Assembly (NCBI GenBank): GCA_965637545.1
Contig: OZ281496.1
Location: forward strand, 9,796,001-9,860,000
Reading direction: 5' to 3'
From: Phallusia mammillata
Taxonomy: Eukaryota
Length of the DNA: 64,000 nt
Both the position numbers and the translations under genes were made by a program. Positions within the stretch are counted from its first letter, which is position 1. The number at the start of each line of letters is the position of its first letter. Shown here piece by piece: positions 12,001-24,035 of this stretch. A model generated the notes under the pieces. It had not been told where the DNA came from, did not search any database, and saw only the letters and a list, made by a program, of their open reading frames with translations.

Positions 12001-14380
12001 GGCAATTCCTTCCGCTTAGTTTTTCCTACCGCGTTTGCTTTTATCGTTTTCGTCCTTATGACCTTGAATTGCACAGTTGCTTCACGTCAAAGGAAATTTC
12101 ATTAAGGTGAAAAGAGTTACTGCACAATTTACTTGTTATAGGAAATATGCGCTTAAGTAATTGTGGCGTGTATAGGATTTACACCAAATTATAACAATGG
12201 TAAAACTCTGATTCGTATTTGTCTGTTCAAGCCAACCGTAAAATTTGCAATCAAACGATATAAGCATCTCGTATATATTTTTATCGAAATTTATGTGGTA
12301 AAAATGGTTAAACAAACATATTCCGTTTTTGACGCTTTATATTGTATTAATTCGCTCAGCTGTTGACTTAAGTATATATGGTTATCACTTTAACAAATCG
12401 AATCGCTTGACGCTTCCTCGTATAGACAGTATGTTATTCGAAAGCGATACTAAACAAAACAAAAATACAACACAATTGACCTTACCTGGCATCTCCATTT
12501 TCGGGAGTGAAACATAAATCAGAGCCATTGTCGCAATCTTTTACTCCGTCCCACAAGAACATTTGCGGGAGTGAGCACATTCGGTTGTTTTTGACACATT
12601 TGAAGCCGTATCCGTTATTCCAGTGTTGAAACGCAGGACAGTCATTGCAGGGATCGCCATCACACACAGTCGAACGCTTCCAACAAGTTGAATTCGGACA
12701 TCGGAAATGCGAGGGACATCCGCCGTCACAAAGTGTTTTATTCCGACATGGAATGTCACCCTTGCAATATTCTAGTCTTCGTAGTGCGCACACATCACTC
12801 TTACTGTTAAGCGTGTTGTCGCAACTGTAAAGAGAAATATTATGATTTAATGCAAGAAATATCCAACATTTCAATACGATGATTAACCAAGTCAGTTACA
12901 TTGATGTGTATGAATATGAACATTTCATACAAATATAATCCTCCTTGTTCACTTGAAATATAACTGTTGTGCAGGATTGGTGTTTCATGAGTTATCGCAG
13001 CTTTTTAGAGTAGTGATTTGAAACACATGGTGTGAAGATAATGATCCGATTAACAAACAAAGTTTAGTTTTCTAATGTCATTCAAAACTATCCTTGTTGG
13101 TTTACTTTCCATGTTATCGACGCGCTTGCAAATTTGTATTGAGTAAAACTCAAAGTTTATAGATAACAATAGATTTAAACATAATTGAAATTATAAATAT
13201 AAAATGAAGCTTTTGTTGTTATGTCACTCCTATTTTTAAAACAAAACAGGAAAATATAACGTCTACCTGATGTAGGTTGATGTTAAGTTTTCAGGGTAGG
13301 TTGAAAATGTGACTTGTTTCTCATCACTTCTGTCATAGCACTCAGGGTCGCTATCGCAAAACCACTGAGCATACATATTTCTCCGACCATCTTCACATTC
13401 GAAACCTGCAACAAACACAAAATTAGTTGCGGATTGTTGACGTTGTGTTACATCACAGTGATAATCAACGTACTTTGAACCAGTCACCAAATTTCTAGCA
13501 AAAAATGTGCAAATGTCGCCATTAAGTAAGCATTTGATTTACTAATTTCAAATTCCATGTTAACTGTTAAAACTGTTTTCATGTAAAATGTCAGCACGTT
13601 GAAAAGAAACAGTTATATTTGTTGTAAAGTAAATAAATCGTGTGCGTGTCAAGGAAAATACACTGACATCATACCCCACGAGTGTCGATAATTTGCTTAA
13701 CACTCTAGGTGGCACAAAGAGCACTTGCGTCTATTTAAAATATATTTCTTTAAAGATACTGAAGTTTAGGGCTGTTTGTTTTGTGATAGGGTTTTGTGCT
13801 AAAGAGTTAAAATCAAATGCAATTTCTTTTTTCATTTTTAACCTAAAACCTACTAAATTTGTATCTAACACTACCTGTTTTACAACTATTTTAATAATTC
13901 AGCTCTTTGCGCTACCTATCGGTATTTAGTAAAATTTCGGCTGATGTGAGTTCTGTTGTGGCGAAGCTGTTTGGCGGACTGTGGCAACTGTATAAACAAC
14001 ACTTATATAATAGCATCTACAATAGCATGAGCAATATACATAATGTTTTCCACGGTATTATATGAAGTATTACCACAATATTTACTTAGTATATGCGCAT
14101 TAATCCATACACAATGCAAGTTTTGAAATACGCAATTTGAGAGACTTACAAAAGCTGGACACTAGTGTCCAACAAAGCGTACACAATTTACTCGCAGCTA
14201 CACGATTCGTTTTGTTCACTTTATCATGATGTTGGGCAATTTTGTTACGAATGAAAATTGAATTAAACTGATTAATTAAAAGCCATTCTGCAGAACACGT
14301 TGATTTTATGTAAACTTACTCGGAAAGCAGCAAGTAGGTGGTGCAAAAAACAATATGAAGATTGCAACAACAAACATCAT
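3030..14380 (-). CDS. LDLa-repeat, LRR-less rhodopsin-class GPCR (RXFP/GRL101-related), copy 1; 15 coding exons, ~1059 aa
   Basis: Hand-spliced exons (GT-AG, all phases compatible): 14380-14320, 13405-13267, 12824-12486, 8225-8031, 7973-7599, 7531-7355, 6740-6650, 5313-4969, 4912-4781, 4713-4549, 4456-4160, 4095-3915, 3843-3666, 3598-3387, 3322-3030. Total 3180 nt = 1060 codons, no internal stop. It shows a signal-like MMFVVAIFILFFAPP, multiple CDG..DC.D.SDE LDLa motifs, hinge/TM1 SSRYELIANPFLRAVVWIMGFLAIFGNL, TM2 LNLSVSDLLMGVY, ECL2 YYSTNSVC, TM6 FTDFFCWIP and TM7 LLPINSSLNPLIY. The 7TM exons are secure. The first exon and the 6650-to-5313 join (weak acceptor) are less certain. Confidence 0.85.
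6797..7292. mobile_element. Non-autonomous hAT MITE (496 bp) in intron 6 of copy 1
   Basis: TIRs cagtggctttcaacc / gggttgaaaccactg, with a perfect 8-bp TSD tattaaac (6789-6796 and 7293-7300). The paralogous intron of copy 2 (~41780) has the single empty site. Confidence 0.9.
8340..9170 (-). mobile_element. Degenerate Tx1/L1-type LINE ORF1 (gag-like) relic
   Basis: The minus strand reads ..ETVLYR*INKCSRCMLQERRVQ.. (decayed V.Y.G..CX2CX4HX4C knuckle at ~9033-8992). A G/S/K-rich low-complexity tail and a T-rich 3' region follow. It is GC-richer than the host intron, and no ORF2 is seen. Confidence 0.45.
10091..10213 (+). repeat. 45-bp tandem repeat (~2.7 copies) inside the ORF1 relic
   Basis: g(a/g)aggc(c/a)gcgt starts at 10091, 10136 and 10181, encoding PEGRVS(D/G)A(S/P)AK(D/V)NM repeats. 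Confidence 0.85.
10429..10720. repeat. Direct duplication with 208-bp offset in the 3' region of the ORF1 relic
   Basis: gcgatccaatcaaatag(c/g)gcttgttttgtaattgt occurs at 10429 and 10637. Confidence 0.75.
11070..11971. mobile_element. Inverted pair of Penelope-like element 3' fragments (GIY-YIG endonuclease relics)
   Basis: Arms ~11070-11340 and ~11723-11971 are reverse complements. The right arm reads ENTAYIVTCLECEEQYVSQT (11723-11782) then TRWTLHRA after a frameshift. The left arm reads the same motifs on - (ESTAY..QYVSQ, IRWSLHRA, LHQHYHGNH). These match the PLE consensus VVY.I.C..C...YVGQT....R..EHR. Confidence 0.7.
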
Positions 14381-14514
14381 GAAGAGATTTCTAAACAAAT
14401 AAACAAGCATTACTCAACGTTGTGAACAATGTATCTGTTCACTAGTCACTCAAATCACAGATTTCCATAACATGACTTCATAATGCTGTTTAATGTTCAA
14501 TGTAGGTCACTTAC

Positions 14515-14585
14515 CTTTCTGTAGACAGTGATGTTATTTTTGTTGATGTTTCAGATATATTAATCAACACGCAATGTTACCTAAA
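14515..14585 (-). other. Candidate non-coding 5' UTR exon of copy 1
   Basis: Bounded by ttttgagcag| and AG|GTAAGT. Both splice sites are conserved in copy 2 (~44351-44419, GTGAGT), but the frames contain stops. It would splice to the acceptor at 14390 just ahead of the ATG. Confidence 0.35.
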
Positions 14586-16037
14586 CTGCTCAAAAGAACA
14601 CATAATTAAGTAAAACTCTGTTTGATGAAAGCAGTTAAAAAGTCAATTTATGTCTCGTTACGGATATTTTTAATGTATTTGACACTTCTGCAACTCAACA
14701 AGTGTGACATATGTTTACCGGTTGTTGTTGAAACAAACAATTGCAAAGTTCTGAATTTCTTTAAATTACGTATAAATGCTTCATTATCCTACAACCGGTG
14801 ATGTTCAAATTTTCGGTAATTTCACCTACATGTCAATTCGTACATCCTATACATAACCATTCACGTTCCTAAGCTTAGATTCGCGACTGCTTACGCTGAA
14901 TACATGCGACACTGTGGTTGTTGTAACGGTGATGCCATTGCAACAAGCATTGGGTGGTTTGGTTTTATTGCGAATGGGCGAGACATTTTTCAATTGGGCA
15001 AACACATGTGAAAAATTTCCTGTTAATGTGGATTATTTTTTGTCTGTTGGTGTTTCATCTGTTTCTTGAATTGGTAAACTATACCGGGTACTCGTTAAAA
15101 ATATAATTGGAATCATGTAACAGTCACGATAAATATACATTTTTTCTATTATTATAGATCTTCACACTTTTGGCATCAAGAAACCTTTATGGAAATCGAA
15201 TAACTCCTCAGGAACTGACACACAACGGCTTAAAACTGTATTTATTTTCAACCGGTGATGTTTAAATGTACGGAAATTTCGTCCACATATGAGTTTATCT
15301 GACCTGCACGCTTCCAAAGCGACATAAACATGCGTTTATGCTCGCTAGTTGAGTAAACAAGGTACAAACCATTAAACCGAATTTGTTAAAGCAATGCTGC
15401 TGCTGCAGAGCGATATACTGAAACGTGTATAACTGAGTTGAAGTTTTGGATAAGAAAAGTAAATTAACACAACTAAATAGCGCACATTTATCAAGACTTA
15501 TATTTCTTGCAATAAGTCATCCGCATCAAATACAATTTAGCCAAAATTGTATTTTTTTCGTCACACACTTCTCCGGTAGTAGATAATACGATTTCCGCGA
15601 TTATATGACTACCAAAATGTTTTCAAATTCTCAAATTTTCTTAAAAAAAGAAATTTGTTGCAACAACAAGTAAGTGTGCTTAGCTTACATTAAAATGGTA
15701 AAATATGCTCCACGTAACCTCTCGTTGATTACAGATCTATGTAAAAAGTTTAAAGTAGCCTATACAGTTGATTACAAGTTGTTTATAGACATTCACTCTT
15801 GCCACGGTTATCCTATTGAAGTCTGGTAAATTTTATGTGCAATCAAGCCACATATTACATAGGATTCCAATCACTTGTTTGGGAAGTCGTCCGGGTATTC
15901 GCATACTAATTTGAAATATTGGTTGTGTGATAAGCTTGTTTTTTGTGTGATTTTAACCAATCATTAGCCTGATCATTAACCTTGGTTTTTATTCTAAACT
16001 TGCACAAATTTTATGTAATTAACGTCCCGTACTATTT

Positions 16038-16122
16038 ACACACCAGTTCCGTTAAATGTTTACTTTCAACACACCAGTTCCGTTAAATGTTTACTATTAA
16101 CACACCATCTCCGATAAATGCA
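16038..16122. repeat. 31-bp minisatellite (~2.7 copies)
   Basis: acacaccagttccgttaaatgtttact is repeated in tandem. Confidence 0.85.
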
Positions 16123-17874
16123 TGCTAATGCTTGAAATATTGGTTATGCGATATACTTGGTTCGTCCGTGTATTCAACAGTAAGTTTTTTTTTCTATTGT
16201 TCTTTTGCATGTAAAGTGACAATCAATTTCATAAGCCCATATGAGCGTGGTTAAGGCCTTATCCTTCTCTGCTTGTTATCCTTTGTGATTCTGTAACTTA
16301 CAATGGATGATTTCCATTGCAACATTGAATTTTTTAACCAAATGTTTTCCGATATTTCAGATAAAATTCCGGATTTGTTTTGACTGTCTTTTGTTATTTT
16401 TCTTCAATATTGCACGTTTAATTTGTCCAGGTGGACGCAAAGTGCCATTTGATTTTCAAGCCTGCAAAGCGTTTGTTTTGCATTTTTGCATGATAAACAT
16501 TTGTCTGTTACAATTAAAGCTGTCAAAACTGCTCTCAAATGTGAAATCGCTTCTTATATTGACGTGGTTCCAAGACAAGTACCTATAACTGTTTGACCAG
16601 CACTATCTGCAGTGACACTACCTAAACAATGATTACAAAGTTAACTAAGAGTGACTCAAAATATTCGGACTAACGACTGCGGTTTATGTGCATATCGCCA
16701 TCGTTGCTCTATCTTATATCGCACAAAGTGATGCATTTTAAATCATACTTTCAAATCTCTTTAAGTATAAATTGAAATCCTATAAATTTACCACGATTGC
16801 TGGTGAGAAAAGTCGTTTGGAGATCGAATTATGAAACACCACAAGCATCCCAGAAGTTCAGCAATACTTCTGATTATAGAAATTAGGTATCATACTTAAT
16901 CAACTCATACCGAAAAGTTAACACACAAAAATATGCAAATTGACCATTGACCTACGATTTACCGCAAACTTATTTGCATATCTTTTCGGAGTAGCTCGAA
17001 AAAAAATTAAGAACCACTGTCACGTAGACAGAAGCGAAGGACAATTAAAGAGCATGTGAAGATAATCTCAATCACCGATGTTAACTGCTATCGTAAGCGT
17101 AGTAATAAAAAAAGCGTGTGATTTTATGAATCTACTGCGAGAGATTTTCAATTTTATGCGCGCAAGCCTTGTGACATTTCTGTAAAACAAATGCAATGTG
17201 TCGCTTCACATATTCGCAGCAAAATGACAAAAGTTTGTGACACGCTGCGAAATAATTTAGTTTTTTACAATATGCATCTTTCTATGAATTACCTTGTTGT
17301 TAGACTTTTAAATGAAACTATGTAAACGATTTGTGAACCAGCGCCATTAATGTGTTAATGTGTTATCTGTAAAAACATTTTTCATTTTTTTTTTCTCGCA
17401 AATGTGGAAGCGATTCAAAATTTTCTTGGGTTGGGTTCAGTATTATTATTTACAGCAATATATATTCCACTGGAAAAATCTTCTATTTTACATAAATGTC
17501 GCTTGGGCATAGGATAAAGGCGACCTCCGTTGTGGCCATGTGAAATATGTAGTATGTTTGTTGCAAATAAATAATCAATCTCAAACTAATTCAGACTTTG
17601 AACCATGTTTTTATGCAATGGTATTAACAACATTTAAGTTTCATGGGTTACTTATTTTTCAGAGATGTTATTTGATATTACGGATTTTCGATGGTCTGTC
17701 ATCCGCTATTTTGTCATGTGTGAGGTTGGCATGTGTGATTTAAGCACGGGGATTTCCGGCAATATATCTTTTGCGCTAAAATGTTTCCAACTTCCACATC
17801 ATCTAAGTGTGGAAAAGTGTGTGTATTGCAGGATCAGATGCACTCACTTGTTTTCGTAAGCATGACTAAAGTTT

Positions 17875-18065
17875 TGATCCTAAACATTACTGCCAATGTA
17901 CTGGTGTATATAGAATACATCGTTCAGACGTTTCCTTAGTGCTTTAAATACGGTGTTCTACAGCCCGATTGGCAACCTGCACTGACGATGACAACTGAGA
18001 TTGTCGAAACGTCTGAACGATGTATTATATATACACCAGTACTTTGGAAGTAATGTTTATGATCA
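17875..18065 (+). mobile_element. Small insertion with 60-bp inverted arms and a degenerate hammerhead-like motif (Penelope pLTR-like)
   Basis: 17875-17934 is the reverse complement of 18006-18065. CTGACGA-T-GACAA-ctgaga-TTGTC-GAAA-CGTC lies at 17982-18013. The flanking direct repeat aag(c/t)atgactaaagtt is at 17858 and 18098. Confidence 0.5.
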
Positions 18066-19042
18066 AATTACTTTTCAAGTCCGTGTTTAGTGTTTCTAAG
18101 TATGACTAAAGTTGTTATTGAAATAATCTTTTTACGCACCAGAAAGCAAACAAAGGCACCGGAAACAGAATTGAACAACAGTGAATTATATTTTGCATTA
18201 TGCTTTGTAATCAGTGATAAATCGGTTCAATCCGTTGATATTTTTTGAAGAATTGAAACAAATGGATTTGTGCGCCAATTTAGTTTCTTCTTTTCGCTTT
18301 TAAAACACTTTAAAATTATTTGAGAAGCTGAGAAAACTGTTTTCATTGGTAAAATCGTTTTTTATATTGACGTGGTTTTGATACAACTACCTAGAACTGT
18401 TTGACCAACATTGTCTGAAACGACACTGTCTAAGCACTTACAACAAAGTTAAATAAGAACGACATTTCCACACAAATGTTTCGAAATTACGACATTGCAC
18501 AATACAACAGCTTACATCGGACTAACTACTGCGGTTTCTGTACAAACTGTCTTTTCCGCTCTTTCTTATATCGCAAACGCTGAGGTATTTTAAAACATAT
18601 TTGCATATCTATTTAGCAAGGTTTTAATCGCCTAAACGAATCACGATTGCTGTTGCATTGACAGGAGAGGACAATTAAAGGACGAATGTATTCTATATAA
18701 ACCAGACGTGCTTGCGTTCCTTTCTTTTTTTTCCTTTGTTTATCGTGCACTGTACTAATCGCATTCAGAGTTATTTACCTTGATCCTGCGACCTGTATAG
18801 GACGTGGAAACGTCGGATTAAAATTACATTTGCCAGACGAGTTCTTTAAACTATGACTAAAGTTGTTATTGAACTAATCACTTTTTACGCACAAGGAAGC
18901 AAACAAAGGCGCCGGAAACGAAACTGAACGACATTCAACTTTATTGTGCATTATGCTTTGTAATCAGTAATAAATCGGTTCAATTCGTTGATATTATTTG
19001 AACAATTTAAACAAATGAATTTGTGCGCCAATTTAGTTCCTT

Positions 19043-20375
19043 GTTAGCCTGCTGTACCGAATTCGGCACATTCGTCCATTAAGACTAAACTAATGCAAAC
19101 ATTTCCGCGTATGTATTTCGTAGTTATTCGTACACTATTAGGTTTCAATGAAAAGTTTTGTGTTATTACGTAATTATATCGACAAAGACGGTATCGAAAT
19201 CGGTTTATGACGTCACATACTTCTATGACGTCATAAAAAATTCTAATGCCGTTGTTATTTGTCCATTTTGTTTCGTTTAAAACCACTTTGAGATTGCCTT
19301 GTCAATACTCGTAACCTACTTTTTGTGCGTCTCTATTGAAAGCGAAACGAAACGTCCCAGACGCCAGAAATTTTAATATTTTGGAATATGCAATTTTACG
19401 AAAAATGCAAAGTAAATACATTTGTTCTAGAACAGGTGTACTAAATGTAACAAGTTTTGATAGTCGAGACACACAACGCGTGGTGGTAAACCTTGTGTTG
19501 GAGACCTCTGTGTAATTGTTCGTGAAAACACAGTGATTAACACTCGGGTTTAGGACAAAGCACGATGGTTATGACGTTAAAGAGGTGATGTCAGCAAATA
19601 AAATTAAAAAAATAATTCATTCAACGGCCAAGTATTACGCAACCGGTTGCAAAAACGTGCACGTAAACAACGTAAGAATAAAACCACATCAACCGCTTGT
19701 GTTTGCCTAAATCTAATGTTTGCTTCAAAAATGTGTGTTTTTTCTCGGTAAACAACGTAAAAACTTGATTTTACGATGTTTTAGGGTTTTGGTAGTATGA
19801 CGTCATACAGGAGATTTTCCGTTATGACGTAATTGGTTGACACGAAACTGGCTGTCATTGCAATGACACTATTTATTATTGTGCAAAATGACAATATGTA
19901 GTTGATAAATGCTGGTATAGGACCAGGATATTGTGTTTATGTTTTAGCGATCACGTGACCATTTACGTGTACTTTCGTGACGCAAATGACGAATGGGACG
20001 AATTCGGTACACGACATTCACCCCCCATATTTTGTACACCTTTTGAAGTTTTTTGAAAAAAATTGCGCTGTAGAATAGGCATTCATTTTGTATGTACAGA
20101 CGATTATTTTCTTCTCATCTAACTGATAAAAATCAAAAAACTTTGACAGCGAGTTTCATGGAAAAAAAATTTCTGCTAATGTTGAAATACAAAATCCGGA
20201 AATACATCAAATTTTAGTTTTTCTGGCTAGGTGGTCAAATGTGATGTTTTATGAATAAGTTGGACGAGACGAATTCGAGACAACCGTTTTCCGCCCAAAA
20301 AACACCAAACGCACTGTAAAAATTGGTGTAAGGCACAGTGTGACGAATTCGTCACATACGGCGTTAAAGGGTTAA
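19043..20375. mobile_element. piggyBac-like non-autonomous element, left end eroded
   Basis: The right end ..gacgaattcgtcacatacggcgttaaaggg|TTAA (20371|20372-20375) is piggyBac-type. An internal inverted repeat gtaccgaattc..gtccatt (19053) pairs with aatgggacgaattcggtac (~19992). The element interrupts a family-I module. Confidence 0.55.
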
Positions 20376-23300
20376 GATTCTTTTACTTTTGCCAGAAGAG
20401 CTCTATAGACTTGATACTATGCCTGGCAGCAACAGCTTATTTAAGATTCTTTTGTTTGTCTTTTAAAGTTGTTAATTTTTTGAACATCATCATACAAACT
20501 GGTATTTACAGTTCGAGATTTGAAAGACTTTTATGGACGTCGTATCAACTCAAGTGAGAGCGTTAGACTTTTATTACAACATTAGAGCATTGCTTCAACA
20601 CTTAGCACAAAGCAATTTGAAAGCTTAGTGTCAATAAATATGCTAATGAACGAAATACCTCCGATTTACCGCATACTTATTTGCATATTCTTTTGGCGCA
20701 GCTTGGGACATAAATTAAGAACTACGAGCAAGCTACTCACGCATACAGGAAACACTTATTAACGTGGCTGAGAAGGTGACATTGGTCACTGATGTTTACT
20801 GCTGTAACATTACCCCAAATTGCAATAAATTCAATTTTTTTACCGTTCAAAATCCACTTGTTTCTGTTAAATTTGCCTTGTGAAGCGGAATGTCTTTTTG
20901 GCATTCTTGGTTAACTGTCGATTTCAATACAACTACCTAGAACATTATGTACAACATTATCTGCAATGACACTGCCTAAGTAATTAGCACAAAGTTAACT
21001 AAGAGCGACATTTTCCACAAATTTTACGAAACTACGACATTGCACAATACAACCGCTTACATCGGAATAATGGCAGACGCTTAAGGTCTTTTAAAATGTA
21101 TTTGCATACCTTTTTGAGTACAAATTGAAATCGCCAATATTTACCACGATTGCTGTCCACAAACAGGAGATGACAATTAAAGGGCGAGCGAAGGTGATTG
21201 TGGTTCAATTTTCTTTATAGTTGTCTTAATATTACAATTGGGAAAAATAAGTCAAGAATTTTGTGTGGTCAAAACTTTCCTTATAGATATAGCCTTAGGG
21301 GTTGTCGATATTTCGTCTGGGAATCTTTTATTTGTATTTACACCAACATTCATTTGAGAAAGACATCACATTACCCAAAGATTCAATTTTTTTGACAACC
21401 GGTTCCATCACAAAAGTCATATTTTTAGCCGATTTTGTTACAAAAATCCACTGACAGTAACTAGTAATGCTAACCGGCTGATCTAAATTTTATCCAGGAT
21501 TATTAGAATCATTTCTAATTGTTACAAGTTTTAGATGGGATAGAGATATGTTCGTATAATTTGTACTTTTGCCAAAATTTGCTTTTAAACATCATTTGTC
21601 ATTGTATGTTTTCTGTGTCGCACGTGAGGCTTATGCACAATTTGCTGCTTTATAGTTGTATTGGAAAACATTTATATACGAATGTACGTTCGAAGATCCG
21701 ACAAAGTGCATTGCACTTAGTGCAATAGTTAATCGCAGTGATATGTTAAAAACATATTTCCACATATATTTTGCTCATTTTTGTTTGCCCCAAACGAACC
21801 ACGATTGCTGTCGCATAGAAGGAAAGGATAATTAAAAAAACATGTTTATTGCTATCGTAAAAGTACAATCGAGAAAAATAAGCAAAGTTTCTTTTGTGGT
21901 CAAAAAAGTCGTCCTCATTTTGGACTGTGCGTCACAAGCAAAGCCGATTTTATAAAAAATCGTCTGAGAAATATATTTTTGCATGACCAGTAACATTCAA
22001 ACATTTAGATAAGAAAGACACAACAGTACTCAATTTAAACACTTTCAACTTCTGCATAAATTATCAAGGTATGTTAGAAGTTTTCGTTTACAGTGTCGTT
22101 TTTGGTTGTGTGCAAATGTTTGTAGATATCCATGGCAAATTTAGGATTTGCTATAAATATCATTTGCAATTGTGTATTCTCATTGTGGTATGTGTGGTTT
22201 GTGCACACTTCGCTGCTTAATAATTGATTTAAGAAACATTTAAAGTTGTGTACGTTTATTGCTTTAAGCTTCTTTCGTTTATTCCTATAGGTTGTTAATA
22301 TAACGAACATCATCATACAAGTCGGTCAATATAGTTCAGTATATAAAAGTTACTTTTGTAATATCCACTCTTTTATTACAACACGATACGTCAAGTTCGC
22401 TGCAACCAACAGCATAAAGCAATTGAATAACTACCTTTCAATAAATATGCTAATGAACCAAAGACTCGGATATACCGCATACTTATTTGCATATTCTTTT
22501 GGCGCAACTTGAGAAAACTTGAGAAAAGAAATTGGGAACTATGATTGCTCTCACGCAGACTGGAAACGACAATTAAAGATAGAAAAGGTAGCATTGGTTA
22601 TCGATGTTAATTGTAACTTTAGAAATAAGTGCAAATCAGAAAAGTGAATGTTTTGACATCAAAATTGTTTGGGCATTGACCACTTCTCGTAACAAGAAGT
22701 ATGGTTTAAGATATTTTGTAACGTTATTGTACGAAATACACAACGGAACTTATTCAAACATTCACACATACTTTGTTATTTTCCATGCATGTGTTGTAGA
22801 CTTTTGGCAACCGTGGTATTCTTAAATGAAAAGATTTGAACGTTTTAAACCACATTATGCCATGTTTGCTTCAACTCTTAGCACAAAGCAACTGAATAGC
22901 TGCATGTCAATAAATATGCTAATGAACGAAAGACCTCCGATTTACCGCATACGTATTTGCATATTCTTTCGGCGCAGCTTGGGAAATAATTATGGAGTAC
23001 GATTGCTCTCACGCAGACAGGAATCATTTATTAACGAGGCTGAAAAAGTGGCAATGGTCACTGTTGTTTACTGCTGTAACATTACTTCAAGTTACAATAA
23101 ATTAAATCTTGTATCTTTCAACATTCCTTTGTCCTTGTTCCGAAGCGGAATGTTATTTTGACATTCTTGTTTAACTGTTAAGATAACAATTCCTGCATTT
23201 GTAACATGCATGGCTTTACCCTGCATCACTTAAAATTACCGAAGTTGACTTAAACTGTAACACAGGTCAACAAAAAAATATTTTTTTACAGGTGCCAGTA

Positions 23301-23516
23301 ATATTTTAACTGATTTTGACTAATTCGAGTGCTCTGATTTCAAAAATGCAATCGGTTTATCTCTGTCACGTCTACTTTTTCTCTGGTACATCCACCTTTG
23401 AAAAACAATCCATATGTAGTGAGACTGGGTTTAAGTGTTTTTTTTTTGGAAGTAATCTTATTGCAGGAACAAAATTTCCAATTTTATTTTAAATGTAACA
23501 GGTGGACACTTCTAAC

Positions 23517-24035
23517 CAGGGAGTCGAACCGCTTGTCATATGGGTTCAGGTTTGGTTCGGGTTCACTTGGTTTTTGTTTTTAAGGGTTCGGGTTCGGTTC
23601 AGGTTTTTAAAAATGTATATTTTCGGGTTCGGGTTTTGTTCCTGTTTGGGCAAATTATCCGGTCCGAACCGGTTTGCCGTTTTTAAACCGGTTCAAATTT
23701 TTATTCGTTTTAATTTAATTCTACCCATCATCTACCCGGCCTTATCAAACTCCAAAAGAATTATGCCCGTGCACTGTTATTTTTGACACGCCCTATAAGT
23801 GTTATATAGTATATTAATCAGTGCGCTGTTTTGAAAAAAAAATCACAAAATACAAAACAGACTGCATTTTTTACTGGTTCGGTTCCGGTTCGGGTCCAAC
23901 GCCAAACAAAATGTGGGGTTCAGCTCCGGTTTGGGTTTTTAGAAAATCGTAATTTGCGGTTCGGGTTCGGTTTTCATGAAATTACCCGCTGAAACCGGTT
24001 TGCGGGTTCGGGTTCAGTTCCGGTTCGACTCCCTG
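23517..24035. mobile_element. hAT MITE (519 bp) with GGTTCG subterminal repeats
   Basis: TIR cagggagtcgaacc / ggttcgactccctg, with TSD cttctaac / cttctaat (7/8). Confidence 0.85.

Noticed and set aside
19200-19240. Tandem CRE sites TGACGTCA
   Set aside because: They lie within a piggyBac-like relic far from any supported start site. An 8-mer palindrome alone is not evidence of function.
22826-23161. Plus-strand ORF family MLSRRQE..KVT.VT.VYCCNIT (also 24682-25118 and 29918-30196) as a small gene family
   Set aside because: Starts and stops differ between copies. Substitutions are mostly non-synonymous on + and more often synonymous in the codon-aligned minus frame, so these are treated as shadows of relic modules.
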